A stretch of DNA of 63,942 nucleotides, the filler included, from Lenisia limosa (lineage: Eukaryota > Protista > Breviatea), in NCBI GenBank assembly GCA_001655205.1. It is 15 parts of 15 records of this genome, joined end to end, with 100 filler letters (N's around TTAATTAATTAA, not from the genome) between each part and the next. Parts side by side here need not be neighbours in the genome. Positions count along the whole stretch, not along the records: positions 49,522 to 53,046 come from LPNZ01009549.1; positions 53,147 to 57,226 come from LPNZ01008358.1; positions 57,327 to 58,825 come from LPNZ01000261.1; positions 58,926 to 62,148 come from LPNZ01004831.1; 11 more parts are not named here. One strand, 5' to 3'. A program made the translations under genes and the position numbers. The notes under the pieces were generated by a model. The model searched no databases. It was not told where the DNA came from and saw nothing but the letters and a program-made list of their open reading frames with translations. The number at the start of each line of letters is the position of its first letter. Within the stretch, counting starts at the first letter, position 1. Of the stretch, positions 49,539-60,601 are shown piece after piece.

Positions 49539-52337
49539 CCAACAAATGCTCTGGAGTTACCCCCGTTACTGGTCCCTCTGGTGACAAAAAGGCCTACTTC
49601 AACGTTTCAACGTCCCTGCAATCCTCCCCTGATGCTGATGATGAAATTGACGTGACGTGCGCTCAGGGCTACTACTGGGGTGGAGACGGCAACACTGACA
49701 CCTCCATTATGACCGGAACAATCAACTGCAAATCTATTGGAATGGCGTGGAATCGTCACATGTGCTTACGTAGGTCGCGGGACTGTGTTGTTTTGAGACC
49801 CCTCATATTTATCCTTTTGGTTGCGATTAGGGCTTCGGTTTTAAAAAAAACTGAATTTCTCGATAAATCTCCGAAAGCTATCGATATTTTACGGGTATTT
49901 TTCGAACCGAAGTGAAGCCCTAGTTGTGATATGATGCAGTGTGTGAATTGATATTATAATATAATGTTTCTTTTACCAAGCCGAATGTTGTGGACGGCTT
50001 CGGCCTGTTCCTATAATCCAATAATATTCGGAGTGAAACACAACTTATTACCCCTACCTAAATTCCTTTTTTTGGGATGTTTTTTTTTTTGACACTTTCA
50101 GCTCTGCCTTGCCAATACAAGCTTCCTAATCAGGTATATTGGGGAAACCAATGAACACAGAGTTGTAAGGCAAATGATTGGGAGCTCGATATACTACACC
50201 NNNNNNNNNNNNNNNNNNNNNNNNNNNNNNNNNNNNNNNNNNNNNNNNNNNNNNNNNNNNNNNNNNNNNNNNNNNNNNNNNNNNNNNNNNNNNNNNNNNN
50301 NNNNNNNNACCTCCACGCCGGGTGTGGACGACTTCTGTGTTGTGTCGTGTATGACCAACTTTGAGGCGGCCGGTGCGACATCTTTCAATAGCTACTGCAG
50401 GTTAGTTTAGATAGGGGTTTAAACGTGGAATAGATGTGAAAGAGAAGGAAGTGGTTTCGAGGCTCGTTTTCGTTTGGGCTCAGTCTTGCCTTCTGGGGTT
50501 GACTCATCTACTAAAGAATGGGAGGGGGGGTGGTATTGTTGAGAGTATGAGGTATTATTGTTCAAGCTTAAATGGGGGAGGGATTAGGATTTATCTCTTA
50601 NNNNNNNNNNNNNNNNNNNNNNNNNNNNNNNNNNNNNNNNNNNNNNNNNNNNNNNNNNNNNNNNNNNNNNNNNNNNNNNNNNNNNNNNNNNNNNNNNNNN
50701 NNNNNNNNNNNNNACGACTTCGGCCAGATATAACCTTTTTTTTTTTGTTCCTCAGCTTGCTAAATATATTCTAATATCTCTTTGACGGTGGTTTGGAAAA
50801 AAAAAAGAAAAAAAAAGTGTGGTAAGTTATTAAAATGAGTCTTCGGGGTAATTCCGCTTATTGTGTATCTGAGTGAGGCCCTTACCATAGCCATTTTTCA
50901 CCTCCTCCAGCAAAGAAGACTTCCTATGGCCCACTGATCTCCCCATTTGCCAGCGTGGGGGGGGGGGGNNNNNNNNNNNNNNNNNNNNNNNNNNNNNNNN
51001 NNNNNNNNNNNNNNNNNNNNNNNNNNNNNNNNNNNNNNNNNNNNNNNNNNNNNNNNNNGGATGTGTGATTTCCCAAGAAAAATTGGACAAGACTTTTCCG
51101 GTCACTGTAGTCATATAATTAATGTATAATTATGTACATTATCCTGTTATAATAATTATATCATAATATTTCTCCCTGTACCCTTTCTAATTAATTTCAT
51201 ATCACCTTTTAGCGGTTCAATGCACGGCAGCCCCCTACGACCCCAATGGCGAATGGTCTTGCAACATGGCCACTCCTGTAGGGGGATGGAGTGATTATAT
51301 TGGCAGTGGTAGCTAGAGCTTCACTTCGGTTCGAAAAAGACGGGTAAAATATCGATAGTTTTCGAGGATTCATAGAGAATTCAGTCTTTTTTCTAACCGA
51401 AGTGAAGCCCTGGTGCGGATATATAGTTTGGGATAAGTCTTCCCTGTTTTCCTTGGGAAACCACATTTCAAATGTGTCAAGTCTTATCCCGGTCACTGTA
51501 TATNNNNNNNNNNNNNNNNNNNNNNNNNNNNNNNNNNNNNNNNNNNNNNNNNNNNNNNNNNNNNNNNNNNNNNNNNNNNNNNNNNNNNNNNNNNNNNNNN
51601 NNNNNNNNNNNNNNNNNNNNNNNNNNNNNNNGTTTGGAGTGACAGATTATTTGTTACCCCTCCACAGTCCTGCGAGCTCCAGTGTGAGCCAGGCTATTAC
51701 AGTGCTGTCACCACCATCACGTGCAGCTTCGATGAATGGACCGAAATTCCCAGATGCACTGGTAAAGGGGGAGGGTGACTCACTGATATTCCTAGGTGGA
51801 CTAGTTTGTTGCTAAGATTTTTTTATTCAAATTTTCCCCATTTTTTGGGATGCTGTGCTGTAGAAACCTCTAATCTGGGCTTTGTGTGTTGTGTTGTTGT
51901 AAGGGTATAATCAGCCAACAGAGTTGATTTTTGGCTTTTGTTGTTTTTTGGTGCTTCCCTACGGTCCGAAAAATGACTGAAAATTTCGAAATAATGTCAA
52001 TAAACCGCGATATTTTGCTGGTCTTTTTAGGACCGTTGGGAATCCCTTATTGTTTTTTTAATCTNNNNNNNNNNNNNNNNNNNNNNNNNNNNNNNNNNNN
52101 NNNNNNNNNNNNNNNNNNNNNNNNNNNNNNNNNNNNNNNNNNNNNNNNNNNNNNNNNNNNNNNNNNNNNNNNNGGAAAGCCTGACCTGCAATCACCATGA
52201 CATTTCGGAGGCAACTTCCGCGGACATATGCTCCGTCCAATGCAAGACCAACTATTCTCCGGTTAACAACCCATCAAGCTGCGATGACGTTCCAACTGGG
52301 GATTCGTTCCTGTGGTCCTCTCCTCCCGCTTGTAACC
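49539..52337 (+). CDS. Sushi/CCP (SCR) repeat extracellular protein (partial)
   Basis: Exons carry repeated Sushi signatures: VTCAQGYYWGG...INCKSIGMAW..C, FCVVSCMTNF, FLWPTDLPIC, VQCTAAPYDPNGEWSC, SCELQCEPGYYSAVTTITCSFDEWTEIPRC and ICSVQCKTNY...FLWSSPPAC. At least four modules. Confidence 0.75.
49828..49922. mobile_element. hAT-like MITE family A copy in an intron of the Sushi gene
   Basis: TIRs with a small deletion in the left arm; flanks GTTGCGAT / GTTGTGAT (7/8). Confidence 0.85.
51314..51412. mobile_element. hAT-like MITE family A copy
   Basis: Near-consensus TIRs and core; TSD not retained. Confidence 0.8.
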
Positions 52338-53695
52338 GTAGGAGGATCTCGATTCCGTGCAATTAATTTTTTGAGGAAATTATATTACAATATCGGCCAC
52401 TTCAAAAATTTTGCAATTGATTTTTGTTTTTCAATTGTTGGCACTTTTTGCCAATATGTCAACAAGACAACCAAAATTACTCAAGACACCGCCTAAAGTT
52501 CTTAGACGGTGTTTGGCGATGTTTCTAGGATGATGACATGAGATTATATAGTGCTAGAGACAAATTTCAATATCCTTCCATATCCATTAGAGCTTCATTT
52601 TCGGTTCTAATAGACGGATAAGCGATATTTATCGAGGATTTATCGAGGCTTCAGACTTTTTTGGAACCTAAAGTAAAGGACATACAATAAATCAATCAAG
52701 CGATACCCCCCCCCCCGCAACTCCTATCTCTCACCCTGGGCCAAAATATCGCGTCTTCGTCATTGTATCTTTAGCCTTTAAAATAACACCAAATGCACAA
52801 CAGAGTTTATTTTATTATTTATTATTACAAGGGCTCCGTGCAAAAAGTTTTGAAGAAATTAATTGACAAAATTAGAAATGAAAGTGTGGAATAGGGTTCT
52901 CGTTTCATAGATGTTTCCGTTATGACCTCTATTTCGTTCTTAGCTTTAATTTCATTTCATCCAAATTTCTTTGTTTTACCCCCCAGCCACACCCTGCCTG
53001 AGCAACCCCGTCCTCCCCCCTAACGCCTATTTCTCGGCCTCTTGCGNNNNNNNNNNNNNNNNNNNNNNNNNNNNNNNNNNNNNNNNNNNNTTAATTAATT
53101 AANNNNNNNNNNNNNNNNNNNNNNNNNNNNNNNNNNNNNNNNNNNNTTTGATGTGTCCGGGAATTTTGAATGATGTCCGGAGCTTTGACTATACATATAT
53201 GTATGTATAAAACAAAACAAAGAAAACAACAACAACAAAAAAAAGCCCAAAAGATGGCTACGCATTTGGAAAACACACAAGGGTCAACAACAAAAAAAAA
53301 ATATCCCAAGCCAGTCATGCTAGCAGCACCATATGAAATGAACTCTTTTTTCTCTCTTTTTTTTTGCAATTAAATTTGAATTAATTGACAAAAATTAAGA
53401 TTCAATAATCTGCCAATCCATGGTGAAATCCTGACACTCCGAGGCTTCATTCTGGTTTAGCGGCTTGCTTCAAACCCAGCTTATTGTATCTACTATATAT
53501 AGCAATCCGAAGCTGTCCACACCATCACGCTTATCAGAGATATTGGATTATAGTATAATAATAATTCACCCATCATTTGCCTTACAGGTGTAATATATAG
53601 ATAGGATATTTTTGAACAATAAAGTATAAATAGATATCAAAATTATCAAGGAAGGGGATGGAAAATCTGTTGTACCGAAAAATGACGACCCTTAC

Positions 53696-54655
53696 CATGC
53701 CGAGAATTGGTTGATCCACTTGACCTAAGGAATCAGAAGATGAAATAAGGAATTAGGGGGGGGGGGGTAAAATTGGAAATAGATGAAACAAAAAAAAAAC
53801 NNNNNNNNNNNNNNNNNNNNNNNNNNNNNNNNNNNNNNNNNNNNNNNNNNNNNNNNNNNNNNNNNNNNNNNNNNNNNNNNNNNNNNNNNNNNNNNNNNNC
53901 CCATTACTCCAGCTTACGGTGGAGTAAAAATGGAAAATGTTTGAGTCACATTATAATATTACATCAGGAGCAACAATAATAAACTGAGACAAGGTGAAGA
54001 GGTTAAATTTGATAAATATGATGGTGGAAAAGATGGAAAACTGTTTAAATGGACCAACCCACTCCGTTGGCCTTATACGGCTGGATCAACATGAGTTCAT
54101 TGATTTCATCTATGTCCCCTTGGAGGGCTACAATCAAGGACTGGCCAGTAGTCTCAAATATCTCTTCAAGGATTTCCTTCAAATGTGAATCGGCGAAGGA
54201 AAACTATCAAAATGGATACTTTCTTCAATAAAATCTCGTTTTCATAATGAACTAAGGAAATCTGATGATCTTTACGTTCTAATAGGAGAACCGAAACTTG
54301 ACTCTTCATATTTTGCATAGACTATGTATTCACTCATCGCGACAAGTCTGACACGATTGACATAAGATAAAGCTCAATATCTGTGTCAGCACTTATCGCG
54401 GTCAGTGTACACAATTAGTGAATCAACACCTCCAACCTGGGCAAGATCGCAGCGGGAGTTATCAAACCCTCTACTCTTGATCCGTCTAACACAGTCGTCG
54501 TAGAGCCGTTCTCCCCAGTAGCCGGAAATATCATACATCTTAACTCCTATTCAAATTAGATGAGGTAGGGCATTAGAAGACGGCAATGGTAAAAATTATG
54601 ACACTATCTTTATCTCTTACCTTCGCATGCCAGCAAAACTGTTGCCAAGAATGTT
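53696..54655 (-). CDS. Exon fragments of a gene of unknown function
   Basis: AG/GT-bounded open segments TFLATVLLACE, DISGYWGERLYDDCVRRIKSRGFDNSRCDLAQ, EILEEIFETTGQSLIVALQGDIDEINELMLIQ and VKWINQFSAW. Family not recognised. Confidence 0.3.
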
Positions 54656-55644
54656 AATATCACTAACAGCTTCATTGTGTTTATTTATTCACTATTGTTC
54701 TGTACACTTTTTATTTCGGTGAAAAGGAAGCACATATAAACACTACAGATTTCCCTATATAAACATTAAATCTAAATCCGACGCGCATTTGAATTAAGGT
54801 AAACATAGGTGACAACGTTAGATTCAGGTATTATTAAGCAAATCAAAAGGGAATAGCTGGCGAAGAGTCTTTCAAAATGGTAGATCCCCAATTCTCGCTT
54901 GCTCAAGCTGCCAGACACACAGATAAGGATAATGATTCAGCAGCTGTGTTTGCTGTCGCGATGTCACCTCCTGGAGTAGGTTAACTGTCCTTCAATAAAT
55001 ACCCGGAGTACTATTTGCCGAAATCAATAAGCATTAAATGGTTATTTCAACAATTAAACATAGAATCATTTGAATTTAACCACCTTAGACAACTGAAGAT
55101 GCCGAGCAAGGTACAATGGCGTAGCATTACATGGCTCTTTGCTGTGTTTTAGTTTCTACTATCAAATTAGACGATATTTATGTCCTTTTGTTGCGATTCC
55201 CTTTAGTTCACCATTCCTAGACGTCTTTGTCACTGCTGGAGACACCGTTGCCACCTTTTGGGACTCGTCAACGTTAAAAGTGAGAATGCGAGGAAATACC
55301 GCAGTTATTGGCCGTCATTGCCAAGATCATCGTTATGACTATCCAGCCCATCGCTCGCTACGATACCCCCACCCGCAAGGCCGCTAAGCTGAAGAAGCAA
55401 TCAGAGGCTTTTGCCTGTTGCGATGTTACTCGGTGTGGGGGCCTCTTGTTAGTGTGTCAGCCTTCTATGATGGTATTTCTATTTCATATCATCCCTGGGG
55501 TCTGCTTTTGGTTTTCCATTGGGATTTGATTTGCCTCTCAACTGTTATTCTACCATAGGTTTACGGCTTCTTCGAGATACTGTAATCAATATCTCCAATA
55601 AGCATGATGGTGTGGAAAGCTCACGGCTATACGTGGAAATGCGA

Positions 55645-55868
55645 TTGGCGTGGGCTTTGTTTTATTTGTTGTTCCCCTCAACCCTCGTGTGTTGTCAGCC
55701 AACGTAGTATCTTTACTCCAATATTCTTCATCGAAATTTCTTTCGTTTACCCCCCTTGCTGCAGAAGCGGCTGGCCTGGGCTTTGTTTATTTTGTTGTCA
55801 TCAACCCTTGTGTGTTGTCAGCCCAGAGTTGATTTGGGTTTTTTTGTTTCATAAATTTTCCAATTTTA
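55645..55868 (+). repeat. Dispersed T-rich repeat family D (GCAGAAGCG.CTGG.CTGGGCTTTGTT...ATCAACCCTCGTGTGTTGTCAGCCAACAGAGTTGATTTGGGC...AATTTTCCAATTTT, plus module GTTCGTGATTAGTA.CTTT...TTCTTCATCGAAATTTCCTT)
   Basis: Longest example, with two nested modules. Other copies near 1207-1280, 7445-7500, 8640-8820, 15760-15870(-), 24170-24385, 26790-26900(-), 27735-27845, 30405-30520(-), 35195-35252, 44750-44830, 49251-49421, 51850-51945, 53210-53330(-), 57480-57520 and 58225-58275. Confidence 0.85.
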
Positions 55869-56019
55869 NNNNNNNNNNNNNNNNNNNNNNNNNNNNNNNN
55901 NNNNNNNNNNNNNNNNNNNNNNNNNNNNNNNNNNNNNNNNNNNNNNNNNNNNNNNNNNNNNNNTGCCGCGTGTGCTGGCTTTTTCGGAGACATCCGCCTC
56001 TTCCTCCCCCATCAGCGCC

Positions 56020-56300
56020 TCTGTTATCACAAAGTTGGCCATTGTTTTGTGTTTAATTGTGATATTTTGTCAGTGGGGTTTTGTCTGATATTTTGTCACA
56101 TCACAAAGTTGGCGAAAGTTTTGTGTGCTATTATGATAGTTTGTCAGCAAGCTTATGTTTTTGTTGGTTATTTTTTTTTTGTTATTTGTCACAAAGTTGG
56201 CCTACTTTTAGGTTTTATTACGATAGTTTGTGACAAAGTGGGCGAATGTTTTGCGTTTTTTTGTTTTTTTATCACAAAGTTGGCCAATGTTTCAAGGTTT
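56020..56300. repeat. Degenerate T-rich satellite with recurring (A/G)TCACAAAGTTGGC motif
   Basis: The motif recurs about five times at irregular ~50-90 nt spacing, interspersed with TTTTGTGA/TTTGTCA variants. Confidence 0.65.
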
Positions 56301-57540
56301 TGTTTATTTTTGACATTTTGTGATATGGCAATGGGGATGTTTATTTCTCCTTTCATTTCCTTTACGTCAATATACTCAGGAAGTTTCGTTCGTCCCCCCC
56401 CCCCCCNNNNNNNNNNNNNNNNNNNNNNNNNNNNNNNNNNNNNNNNNNNNNNNNNNNNNNNNNNNNNNNNNNNNNNNNNNNNNNNNNNNNNNNNNNNNNN
56501 NNNNNNNNNNNNNNNNNNNNNNNNNNNNNNNNNNNNNNNNNNNNNNNNNNNNNNNNNNNNNNNNNNNNNNNNNNNNNNNNNNNNNNTTCCCTCCGCTTTC
56601 ACCCTAAAGACCCCACAATTCTCGCGCGTATGGAGGCCTGGGGGGTGGGGGTAAAAAGCTGAAAGCAGGGTGTTAACCCAAAAATTGACTCGGATTAACC
56701 ACAAAGAGAGCCGTAACCGAGCTATACCTGCTTGATTTTCCTGTATTGTTATCAAAGCAGTTGTTTTGGAAGCAAGTGAGTACATATTATGATTATCATA
56801 CTGTGTGACCAAAATCCTGTTATCATAAAAGAAGAGGTGATCATATCACGTCATNNNNNNNNNNNNNNNNNNNNNNNNNNNNNNNNNNNNNNNNNNNNNN
56901 NNNNNNNNNNNNNNNNNNNNNNNNNNNNNNNNNNNNNNNNNNNNNNNNNNNNNNNNNNNNNNNNNNNNNNNNNNNNNNNNNNNCAGACTTCCAATTTTGT
57001 CAATTAATTCTTCAAAATATTACTTGCACGGGTCCCTAAAATATAGATACGATACATTGATCACAGTACTTCTTAAAATATCTTTGTGAATTCAGTTAGC
57101 AGTAGTTTGGAAGCAAGTGAGCAAATGTTGTGATTATCGTACACATCTTAGTCAATTTCTAGTTAACAGTAGTATCTGTGGCAATTTTCTGGGTTGGCAC
57201 CCTGCTTTAACTTTTATCACATACTTNNNNNNNNNNNNNNNNNNNNNNNNNNNNNNNNNNNNNNNNNNNNTTAATTAATTAANNNNNNNNNNNNNNNNNN
57301 NNNNNNNNNNNNNNNNNNNNNNNNNNGGAGTGGACGCTTTGGCCAGATACAACCTTTTTTTTTTCTCATTGCAATATATGAATATATTAATATTGTTTTT
57401 CTTGGGTGTTCCTGAGTTCCTCTCATATTAATTGATTTTTGGATTTATTCTGGGGGAATGATCGTTTGAAATATGGGGTTTAGCCAACTGGGTGTTTTTT
57501 TCTCAGAAATTTTCCAATTTCATCCACCCCCACCCCCCAG

Positions 57541-58817
57541 GTGATCTGCAAAACAAAGCGAATGGGTGGTGCATTCGGAGGCAAGGAAGCCCAGGCAACT
57601 CCCCTCGCAGCCATCTGTGCCGTTGCAGCCAATAAACTGGGCAAACCAGTAGGAGGGTGGAGGACGTTTGTATGGTGGTGGCAGTTTTTGAAATTATTTT
57701 GGTAGAAGGTGTTTTTTAGTACATCTTCTTTTTTTTGGAACCTTCCCGTTATGGAACCTTCCTAATACATGTGTTACCAGTAGTGCTTCCCTACGGTCTG
57801 AAAAAGACCGGTAAAATATCGATATATCGAGGATTTATCGAGATATTCAGACCGTAGGGAAGCCTAGTTATCAGATCTTTTTAGATATGTTGCAAACCTC
57901 TTGAACATACAGTGATTGCGATTAGTCCTGACACGATTGACTAAAGATAAAGCTCAATGGCCGTGTTAGAACTTATCGCGGTCAAATTGTATATTGTGTA
58001 TTACCTTCCTAATATGGAACATTCCTAATACGGCAGGTCCGGACATCTCTTGACAGAAGCGCCGACTTTGTGGCAACTGGCGGAAGACACCCCTTCAAAT
58101 TCGACTACAAAATCGGCTTCAATAAGGACGGCAAATTCACGGTATTTGGGGGGTTTACCAGAGTAAATTCATAGTTTTGGGAGGTTTATGAGGGCAAATT
58201 CACGATTTTGGGGTAATCTGAAGCATCTCGTGTATTTTCAGCCAACAGAGTTGATTGTGGGCTACTTTTTTTTTGGTCCCACCTCCCCCCATGAATATTT
58301 CATGAATACCCCCCCCCCCAGGCTCTTGATGTGACTCTGTACAACAACGCTGGCTACTCCACAGACCTGTCGCTCCCCGTCATGGACAGAGCTCTCTTCC
58401 ACATTGATAATTGCTACAAGTGGGGGGGGGGTGAGTTACTCAATCATATTCCAAGGAAAATCGGTCGTTCATTGATAATTGCTACCAGTGGGAAAACTCT
58501 TACGTACTGCATTTGTTACATTCATTACACATTTGTCACTTTTCAGATTCCCTGCTCTCAAGGCTGTCGGACATGTCTGCAAAACCAACATTCAAACCAA
58601 CACTGCCAACAGGTGAGTTACCATATAAGGCAGTTCTATCAAGCATTACTTTCCATATATGGCAGTTTATCTCCGATTCCTTCCCACATGATATAAGGCA
58701 GTGTAAGTAAAACAGGTCAACTTTCCATATCAGGCAGTTTCAAGCTAGTTGACAGGCAGTTATCCCTCTAACACCAACAGAGGTTTCGGTGCCCCCCAGG
58801 GCTTCTTACTTTCCGAG
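57541..58817 (+). CDS. XDH: Xanthine dehydrogenase/oxidase, molybdopterin-binding domain fragment
   Basis: Five exons give [18 protein letters not shown]...KLGKP|VRTSLDR...TGGRHPF...GFNKDGKFT|[33 protein letters not shown]|[22 protein letters not shown]|GFGAPQG, with the diagnostic RMGG.FGGKE, GGRHP and TN...TA.RGFG.PQ motifs. Confidence 0.93.
57781..57866. mobile_element. hAT-like MITE subfamily A2 copy in an XDH intron
   Basis: TAGTGCTTCCCTACGGTC...GACCGTAGGGAAGCCTA; flanks GTTACCAG / GTTATCAG (7/8). Further A/A2 copies or fragments lie near 14989-15063, 19667-19768, 20051-20133, 28323-28380, 29682-29778, 33470-33559, 45040-45141, 51953-52048, 52588-52680, 62050-62141, 63010-63058, 63550-63602 and 63823-63912. 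Confidence 0.85.
57910..57989. mobile_element. Tc1/mariner-like MITE subfamily B2
   Basis: TA-CAGTGATTGCGATTAGTCCTGACACG...CGTGTTAGAACTTATCGCGGTCA...TG-TA. A second copy at ~54331-54407 shares the core GATTGAC(A/T)(T/A)AAGATAAAGCTCAAT. Confidence 0.75.
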
Positions 58818-59042
58818 GTTTACGTNNNNNNNNNNNNNNNNNNNNNNNNNNNNNNNNNNNNNNNNNNNNTTAATTAATTAANNNNNNNNNNNNNNNNNNN
58901 NNNNNNNNNNNNNNNNNNNNNNNNNTGGGAAACACAAGAAAATGGAAAATTGTCAAAAAAAAAACCCAAAATCAAATCTAATGAAGATAGGGTTTTCAAC
59001 AAAGATCACATTTGAAAGGTACACATATAAAATGTTCATGTA

Positions 59043-59122
59043 CAGTGATTGGGATAAGTCTTGACCGATTTTCCTTGGGAAATCACATAGCGCAAATCGG
59101 TCAAGACTTCTCCCAATCTGTG
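59043..59122. mobile_element. Tc1/mariner-like MITE family B copy
   Basis: TA-CAGTGATTGGGATAAGTCTTGACCGATTT...AAATCGGTCAAGACTTCTCCCAATC; arms extensively complementary. Confidence 0.8.
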
Positions 59123-59829
59123 TTTGAACTCCAAAATATACTCATGCACATAAGTGGGAGGGGTAAAGATCTTAATGAATACATGTAGAGGTGAGAAGTG
59201 AAAATAGGCTGTATCAGGCCGAAGCCGTCCCCACTATCACGAAGCTATTGGATTATAGTATAATATAATGGAGCTTTATTTGATTGTAACGCTGCCCGCG
59301 CGGGTATGCTGATTTGTGTTAATGGCATCCTTGTGTATTCCTTGTGATTTGTGTTCCTAGATTTTTAAATTATGAATATATTTGTTCTTNNNNNNNNNNN
59401 NNNNNNNNNNNNNNNNNNNNNNNNNNNNNNNNNNNNNNNNNNNNNNNNNNNNNNNNNNNNNNNNNNNACTATGAAATTGTTCAGAAACCCCCTCATCCTT
59501 ATGAAGTGCAATGATAAGCAACGAAGTTGGGAGATCTGGTCGAAGCCTTGCAAATCATCATATTTATTCGGGATATCATGTTTATACATGTTCCAAGTTC
59601 GAATACAGGAGCTTTATATGTTTACCTAGTTCAAATACATGAGCTACAGCAAAAACATATTTATATAATGCTCTTATAATGGAAATAAGGGAATAATGAA
59701 AGCTTTGGAGCACCCCCCCCCCCCNNNNNNNNNNNNNNNNNNNNNNNNNNNNNNNNNNNNNNNNNNNNNNNNNNNNNNNNNNNNNNNNNNNNNNNNNNNN
59801 NNNNNNNNNNNNNNNNNNNNNNNNNNNNN

Positions 59830-60273
59830 AGGTGGATGTAGCGCACCACACTTCCTCGAACGAAAATGTTCTTAACTGACATCTGGAAAAGGATGAAATG
59901 AAGAAAGGGATGGAGAAAGGAGGAATGGAGAGCAGAGAGTAACCCAGATCATCAACAACGGCACCCTCAGGACTACCCACCAAGTGGCAAGTGGGGAACT
60001 TCTCAGAGTCATTAACAACGCGAATGTTCTCCAGCTTGCAGTTGAGGTACTGATCAACACTATGCAGAGTGCCGCTCATCTGAAGGTCGTTTTTAAGCTC
60101 GACAGTGACTTCCTAAACCATGTTACAGCGGTCATGAGACACATAATTTGCGTAGTACTGATCAAAATAAGCATGGGAGAGCAGCAGCAAAGGCTTACCT
60201 TTCCAACAAGGGTTTTGAAGAATGAGAAGAAAAGCTAAAATATGAAGGAATAACGATTTAGTCGACAAACCAT
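59830..60273 (-). CDS. LSM2: U6 snRNA-associated Sm-like protein LSm2 (3' end in gap)
   Basis: Exons 60273-60271 (ATG only), 60234-60199, 60112-59981 and 59882-59830 give MLFFSFFKTLVGKEVTVELKNDLQMSGTLHSVDQYLNCKLENIRVVNDSEKFPTCHLMSVKNIFVRGSVVRYIH. Confidence 0.95.
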
Positions 60274-60601
60274 AGTGGAAGGTGGTTAAACAGGCTTGGA
60301 AGAGAAGAAAGAGGAAAGAAAAGCAAAACAGAAAACAAAGATTAACAGTGGGTTGTCGTATTAATTTTAACACTGATGTTGGTCGCCCTTGCGTGTGTAG
60401 TGCGAAAAGAAGAAAGTTTGAGAAATTCAAATTTTAAATACTGTATTTTAACATGGGGTTGCAAGAGTAATCTTGACAGTATAAGCTGAAAAGCCAAAAA
60501 AAATGCTATGGTTGGTGAGTTCTAATTGTATAATACAGTAAAGAAAGTAAAAAAGCAGAAGACGTGAGCAAAGGACAGAGGTTGACACAAATATTGCCAG
60601 G
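60274..60601. promoter_or_regulatory. Probable compact bidirectional promoter region between LSM2 (-) and SPATA4-like (+)
   Basis: The two start codons are divergent and 328 bp apart on one gap-free stretch. No specific element was identified; this is inferred from the arrangement only. Confidence 0.45.
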
